DNA of 62,914 bases, the filler included, from Choristocarpus tenellus KU-1152 (lineage: Eukaryota; Protista; Phaeophyceae), in NCBI GenBank assembly GCA_964200185.2. It is 12 parts of 12 records of this genome, joined end to end, with 100 filler letters (N's around TTAATTAATTAA, not from the genome) between each part and the next. Parts side by side here need not be neighbours in the genome. Positions count along the whole stretch, not along the records: positions 53,821 to 59,581 come from CAXNAD020009822.1; positions 59,682 to 62,914 come from CAXNAD020021364.1; 10 more parts are not named here. The stretch is one strand, 5' to 3'. Made by a program: the position numbers and the translations under genes. Positions 56,616-62,914 of this stretch are shown here, piece by piece. Under the pieces are notes generated by a model. It had not been told where the DNA came from and ran no database searches. It was given only the letters and a program-made list of their open reading frames with translations. Every line of letters starts with the position of its first letter. The stretch's first letter is position 1.

Positions 56616-59199
56616 CTACCTCCACTACTGCTACTAGTGGTAGCAGCGCCAGCAATGTTGCTAATAGCTCTATCTTACTTTGCTGTTCCCATTCTTGCTC
56701 TCCTTCTTGTTGCCATTGTTTCCTACAACAAAAGCAGCAGCAGCATTTCTACTGCTGTTGCTATTGATGCTATCTTTACAAGACATATCAAAACTTATCA
56801 CCATCATCAGTCGTTGGTATCAAAAACGTCACCAACACTACTAGCAGTTCTACATAATAATGAAGTGAAGATAATCGGGTATGAATAGTTAGGAGCAATG
56901 CTGTTGACAACCACAACAACAACACGAGAAGAAGGAACGGAGGAGAAAAAAGGCAACTGCAGGAAATTATCGTAATGTGTGTGCAGCTGGCCAAACAAGA
57001 GGCATCATCATTTTCACTGAGTGAGGTAGGTATATGGCTTAAAATGCTGACAGAGTGCACACACATGTTCGACATAGCACCAAACTGGACCTCATTTCAA
57101 CAAGCCCCCCAAACTATACTATGCATGAAAAAATATTTTTTCCCCCCTCTCACAGAGCCTAATGGCACCAGATCAAAGAAGTGTCTTAAGAGGGGGCTTT
57201 TATTAAGCAGCACTCTTTTTTTTCTTTTATCGTCATCTGCGTTACATTTTGTTTTGGTTGACAGAAGTTGGAATGCATCTGAAAACCGTTGCATACATTC
57301 CCAAGCTGCAGATCCTACTCTGCAACCTTTAGCAAGTCAGAGTTCCTCTTTATAATGTTCCCCACGCGTGTATACTGCTCGCGCTTGTTAGAACGTGAGA
57401 AGAAATACTCGCGCTATTCGCCTGTCACATGGTGTCTGTTGGATTTCTTATGAAAAAATAGGTGGGAATGAAGCTTTCAATTCCTAGAGTCCGTCCACCA
57501 TAGCACTGTGGAGAGGAGAGAGAAACGAAGGTCCCACATAAAGATGTCCAGTTCCTATACGACTTATCTCCCTGCAAGGAAGGGTGGAGGGTGTAGTTCG
57601 TGCCGTATCTTCATTTTTTCTCGCTTTCTATGATACTGATGTAGTCTTACCACATTATTCCAGGGTTGTGGCTAATCGAGAATATTTAAAAAAAAAAGGG
57701 TTATGCATTGTAAACTACAGGGGGAAAATCTCCACAACAATAATTCATGACGGGGTTTCAGTGTACTTCACACGATTCAGAAGGGCAACATTATATCTAG
57801 TGACTGCACCACCCCGTGTTGCATCACAAATCACGTTCCGAATGGTGTTAAAATTTCACTCATGATGGTTTAACATTTCGCAGATATTGTGATGCTCAAA
57901 GAAGTAATATGGAACATGTTATATATCCATGATCAGAAGGGTAATTCAAGAAAAGAGTAGAAATAAAATTAAATATACGTCTGACAAAGAGCAAAGATGT
58001 AGGAAAGCAACCCCTCCCCACAAAACTGCAGAAAGAAGAAATATATAATTCTGAAGCATATAAAGTACACAAGCATGTAAATAGGATGAACAAATGCAAA
58101 AAAAAAAAAAACAGCATGGCAAAGAGGATAAATAGAGCCAGTCATATCCTCCCAAAAATAGATATCGGCTCCAGCATCAAGAACCACAACTAGTCCAAGG
58201 GGGGACACGTATTCGTAGTACATATTTACTAGTAGAAGACATATCCATTCACAGGCATACATCAGAAAATTAAGGTCTAGTCCCTCCCGTACACCCATCC
58301 GAAACAGACATTCAGGTTCAAAGTAGAGAAGCGTTGTGCTAGTCTCTGATCTTGTGGTCCTATAGAGGTGAAGAACCCACACCTATGCAGGCTACCTGTT
58401 TCTATTTTCTTCATCATATTTATTGGGAGAAGAAAAAATAACAAAAATAACTGGCAGTGAGACACCAAGAAATGGCTTAGACAAAAACACTGTCGAAACA
58501 TACAGAAAGAAAAGCGAAGATAAAAATATAATGCTCAAATATATACTCTGAGTACATAATGCCAAATGAAGAAATGTAAAAAAAATCAACCATGGGAAAG
58601 GAGAATAGATTCAAGTCAATCAAATCGAAAACGGCTATCTCAAGGGCCAAAACAACAATTCTAAAAAGGGGCATCTATTCACTCACAGGAAGTCGCATAC
58701 CAAAGAATCAAATGTAGTCCCCTACACGCTTGATTCTACATTTGTACTATCAGATACGTTGCTATACCACAACAATGCCAAACAAAGAATAAGGTGGCAA
58801 GGCTTCATTCGCAAGTGACACCAAGGTGAACTCAGTGTAGTATTGAGGAAGGAGTTGGAGTAACAAGTGGTCGGATGACTGAAACCGATATATGAGGGGG
58901 AAGGCATGACTGGAGATAATATAATTTGTTATAATACAAAAGTTAGATATTATAGTTTGTTGGAGGATTAGCGTGGTGTGCAGTTAGTGTTACTGAACGC
59001 AGGACATCATAGGCCCAAGACTGGAGTAAAGAAAATTATACTTGTAATAGTATGCACTAAAAACAATAATCCACCAGCAACACACAGGTGCCACCATCAG
59101 CAGAGGGGTATCCTAGATCAGAACGATTTCCCAACTCAAAGCTCTGCAGGCAGTGGCATACGTGTTTGACAACTTTCTGTGATCAATTTCACGTGACTA

Positions 59200-59581
59200 G
59201 TTGTGAATGTGCGAGACTCCTTAGTATGTCAGATACCCACGAAATGTTTGGCTCCATCCCTCATGCGCGTGTATCAGCTGCTTGGGCATTCTGGAAGTCA
59301 TCCCACTCTTCAGCTGGGATTCCGATTTTTTGTCTTGGAAGCACCACTACCAGCTCTTGCCCGGTCCTCTCATCTTCCTCTTCAGATTCTCACCCGTAAG
59401 CATCCCAAATGTTCAAGTTTTTGGGCAAGCAGCCATCGCCCATGTGCACTACAAAACCCTCAAACACAGGCCTGCTTGTATGTGGTTGCCTCAATGCTCT
59501 CGCATCTAGTTCTCACTAGTGTGTCCCTGTATTACAGGGGGTGTGGTGGTCTGCACACTTTCTTATCTTAAGCCAATTCAG
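59200..59581 (-). mobile_element. RTE-clade LINE 3' remnant
   Basis: Frameshifted YRDTLVRTRCESIEATT...FEGFVVHMGDGCLPK...FGML...MRDGAKHFV, matching the C-terminal region of brown-algal RTE reverse-transcriptase ORFs as I recall them. Confidence 0.75.
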
Positions 59582-59681
59582 NNNNNNNNNNNNNNNNNNN
59601 NNNNNNNNNNNNNNNNNNNNNNNNNTTAATTAATTAANNNNNNNNNNNNNNNNNNNNNNNNNNNNNNNNNNNNNNNNNNNN

Positions 59682-59745
59682 TTCTGATTTTGGTCAAATG
59701 GACACCCTGGTGTAGAACCTCCCCCCCCCCCAGATACTTTGGGTC
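59682..59745. mobile_element. MITE family A end at a contig start
   Basis: caaatggacaccctggtgtag...cccccagatactttgggtc. Confidence 0.88.
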
Positions 59746-60068
59746 TCAGAGGCGGAATGGACAGCGATGGTGCATGGAATGAGGCATGCAATATTCCTCA
59801 GAGGCATCCTGGAGGAGCTGGGCATACTCAAGGGGTAACGGTTTGGTATGGAGATAACCGAGGTGCGATCCAAGCAGCAGTAACTGAAGGCTTTAACGGA
59901 AGAACAAGGCATGTCGACATCAAGCTGAAATGCGCCAGGGAATAAGTCAATAAAGGATTTTTTAGAGTGAAGTATATACCTACGGCACTCCAACTTGCAG
60001 ACATCTTGACCAAAAGATTACGTAAGAAGCAGGTGGAAGACTTTGTAGACACTGTGTTGACTAGATGA
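59746..60068 (+). mobile_element. Ty1/copia RNase H remnant (3' end of pol)
   Basis: YGDNRGAIQ...RTRHVDIK...(stop)...VKYIPTALQLADILTK contains the DNxxAI, RTKHIDI and ADILTK copia signatures; one in-frame stop. Confidence 0.88.
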
Positions 60069-60597
60069 ATGTCGTGTATTAAATTTGAAGTAATCTGCAT
60101 TATTTTATTGCGTTGGCAAGATAAATGTGATACGTGTGAGAATTGAACCTATCTGACGACTTTTACTTCCATTTTCATGAGCAAGTGTGCAGAATGGGGA
60201 GTGTGCAGAATAAGATGTTTTAGGTTTGAGAGTTCCAGCAACTCTTCATTGCCTGCACTCTCAATGGGCAGTGTGCAAAATAGGACAATAGTGAAGTGTA
60301 CCTTATTTTGTGTATATGAGATTATTGTGTTGAATTGAATCCATGTGATGTACCTAATATGATATATATATCGTACTTTGTCTTGCGGCAGCGTCAGCGT
60401 AGTGCACACGTTTTTGCAGCAGCTGAGCAAAATCAATCTCAAGACTGGACCTACCCATTCCTCTAGGAAGGTCTCCGTGCCAACCACGTACGAGATTAGT
60501 CAACGGTTGCAGTAGGCCCTGGCTGTTTGGAAGCTGTGCGAGTCGGAGTGGTTTAAGGAAACGAGAAAGAAGATGTTAGGGTTGGGCTACAAGGACT

Positions 60598-60856
60598 GAG
60601 CCAAAGTATCTTGGAGGGTAGAGCCGCGTCCATTTGGGGATCAAAATCCACGGTCGCGGTTTTGATGCAATTTTGGCGATCGTGTTTGTTAGGAAGTGTA
60701 GATATCCATGTTCTGGACACACCTTTTCATATCATACACATTTTACCTACTCCTAAACATTTTGGAGTAGGTAAAATGTCATTAAGAACCTGTCAGAAGC
60801 CAAGCCCCAAATGAACAAACAGGGCAAAACTCGTACCCTCTAAGATACTTTCACTC
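60598..60856. mobile_element. MITE family B, full length
   Basis: TIRs gagccaaagtatcttggagggta / taccctctaagatactttcactc; 3-bp TSD act/act. Confidence 0.93.
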
Positions 60857-60927
60857 ACTCTGAAGCCCGAAAGAAGGTCGAAAGGGCTCGCAAGACGGAG
60901 GAGAAAGCGATAGTAACACAGGCAGCG

Positions 60928-61524
60928 GTGGAAACCTTTCGATACCACCAAATCCTTCACTTCGAAGAGGTCGCGAAGCAGGTGGAGGTAACCATCGACG
61001 AGGACGCTAGGACAGAAGAGGACGTGAGATTGGAATATTTGCACACCAATGGTTTGGCGTTTCCAACCTCTTTCAAGATGCCGTACATTCACCTTTGTTC
61101 CTGGGCTTAGGGTTGGGCGTATAAAGTTGATTAAGACATTCTCTCAGGCTGCATTCATTCGAGAAATCAATATAATTTTCGTTCAACTTAAGCTTGTCCT
61201 CCCTCGCCCTTACGCCTTGATGATAAAATATCACCCACCTACGAAACACGGACTACGCCCATTTCCAGCGCTCAACGAGGAAATGTGATAGTAAGGGCTC
61301 TAACACTGCGGGTCCTGTACCTGTGTATGAATGACGGGAAAGACCGTCAAACCGCACTCGAGATGGCAGGAGGATATGCGATGGTGGTCAGGTCGGAAAC
61401 TGTGAATACATGGGAGAGAGATTTCCTACCTAAGGGTCACATCAAGGTGTCGGAGCAAGGGCGCTATGAGAGGCGTTTCGTCCTGGGCCTCGACGAGGAC
61501 ACCCTTCCCGAGGTCAAAGAGTAG
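60928..61524 (+). pseudogene. Possible N-terminal (HTH) remnant of an IS630/Tc1-related DDE transposase
   Basis: ALEMAGGY...ETVNTWERDFLPKGHIKVSEQGRYERRFVLGLDEDTLPEVKE resembles the T-I-x-x-W-x-x-x-F...S-x-x-G-(K/R)-(H/Y)...L-x-DED pattern of such transposases. Fragmentary. Confidence 0.35.
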
Positions 61525-62914
61525 GCGCACAAACACACAGGAAGAAAGTGTGGGGAGGCTTTTTTCTCACCTAAACCCTATACTTTAATCAAGTTACAGT
61601 GCACCTGTTACCAGGGTTCGAACCCCAATATGACCGCTCTTTCTTCAAAACAAGAAACATATGGCAAAAAAGAAAATCAAGCCCATACTCTGGAGGGCCT
61701 TGTCACGGGCATCACGATTATGCTTTTATTTTTTAATCCGACATCTACATCAAACGTTATGACGGGACAACCCCAGAGGGGAAGGCTACTGGTACCACTA
61801 TAGTGATGTACATTATACTTTACAGGAGACATTTTTTTTTGTCTTGTGTACAACTACACATACCTAAAAGACCATTAGCAGTCTTCAATTCTTCTCTGCA
61901 GTATCCTTGCAGTATCAGCACCAGTATTACTAAGCCTGCAGTTTACCTGAAGTGTAGATTTGATTCGATTGACGAGCTCCAGCTCATGGCTACGGCTACG
62001 GCTAGGGCTAGGGTTATGTCTAGCACTATGGATATGGTTGCGGCTAGCGTCATGGCAACGGCTAGAGGTAGAAGGTAAGGGTCTAGGCTAGGGTTAGCCC
62101 TGATGATGAGCAATTCCAGTATGGACAGTATCCATCCAGTTGATTGGATTGGTCGTTCATCTGTTATTCGTGTTGGTACCTACCATATAGTATTACTGAA
62201 TCTTCCAAGGTACCTTCTGTATCCATGTAGGAATATACGGAGATGACAATGCACTATAATTCGGTAGTACAGTACAGTAAACGTAACCAACGCGTATATT
62301 TGCGTGCTTGATTAGTGGTCGGTTGAAGTTGATACCCCCCCCTAACAACAACCCCTCTTGCGCCTGTTCTGTGAACTGTGATAACTAGCAGGTCAAAAGA
62401 GAGATGCCAGATCTCACAAAGAAATATTGGAGGTACCTAGATGTGGCTGGCATAGTAGGGAAAGGCGACCTCAGGGTAGGCCGAAACTGCATTGGGAAGA
62501 ATCGACCGACTTGCAATGAGCATGCCAAGGACGCTGCTAGGTGAGGGAGCTTGACTGGTGCAATAAGGGTATACGTATATGATGCCAATAGCACTCTGTA
62601 GGAGACCTTTCTTTTTGGTCGTGTGTACTGTTAAAACATAGGCTACTCATTTGTTTCTTGTTGATATGATGCACATACTACCAGCTTGTAATGACTGTTG
62701 ATTGGTGCAATGCACTGGTTGTTAGTGTTCATTTATTTATTGCGCATTCAAACTCATCATCACATCGATGACAGTAGATAGAAGTATATCATCAGTTGAT
62801 ATTCAGTTGATCCACATCACACACAGGAACATCATAGCACACGTCATCCAAGTTACTTCGGAACTTGCATCAAGTGCGTTCCACTGTTACCTTGTGTTCC
62901 CCTTTCTATTTTGT

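Noticed and set aside
56327-56888. Ala/Cys/Leu-rich ORFs
   Set aside because: They arise from GCT and GTT microsatellites and low-complexity sequence.

Overview
Eukaryotic nuclear DNA, most likely a stramenopile and probably a brown alga. The clues are stramenopile-type H2A, brown-algal-type RTE LINE remnants, TTAGGG tracts and intron-rich GT-AG genes. The window is not one locus. It is 12 contigs joined by eleven identical 100-bp artificial spacers (N44-TTAATTAATTAA-N44), so nothing can be linked across them. Most of the supplied ORFs are noise. Genes I could reconstruct by hand: an intronless histone H2A with a 3' stem-loop, a 9-exon partial RecQ/WRN-like helicase, the first two exons of a crotonase (enoyl-CoA isomerase/hydratase), three exons of a CCDC13-like protein, a 10-exon WW/IQ/coiled-coil protein, and two uncharacterised spliced genes. 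Decayed Ty1/copia, RTE LINE and DNA-transposase fragments are also present. The most striking unexplained structure is about 29 copies of five non-autonomous DNA transposon (MITE) families, roughly 8% of the sequence. Their interiors differ, but they share a closely related terminus (about G[AG]NNNAAAG, usually continuing TATCT). Their target-site duplications are 4 bp in some copies and 3 bp in others, and the elements nest into one another. They look most like Sola2 derivatives, and a candidate cognate transposase remnant lies at about 54.0-54.2 kb.
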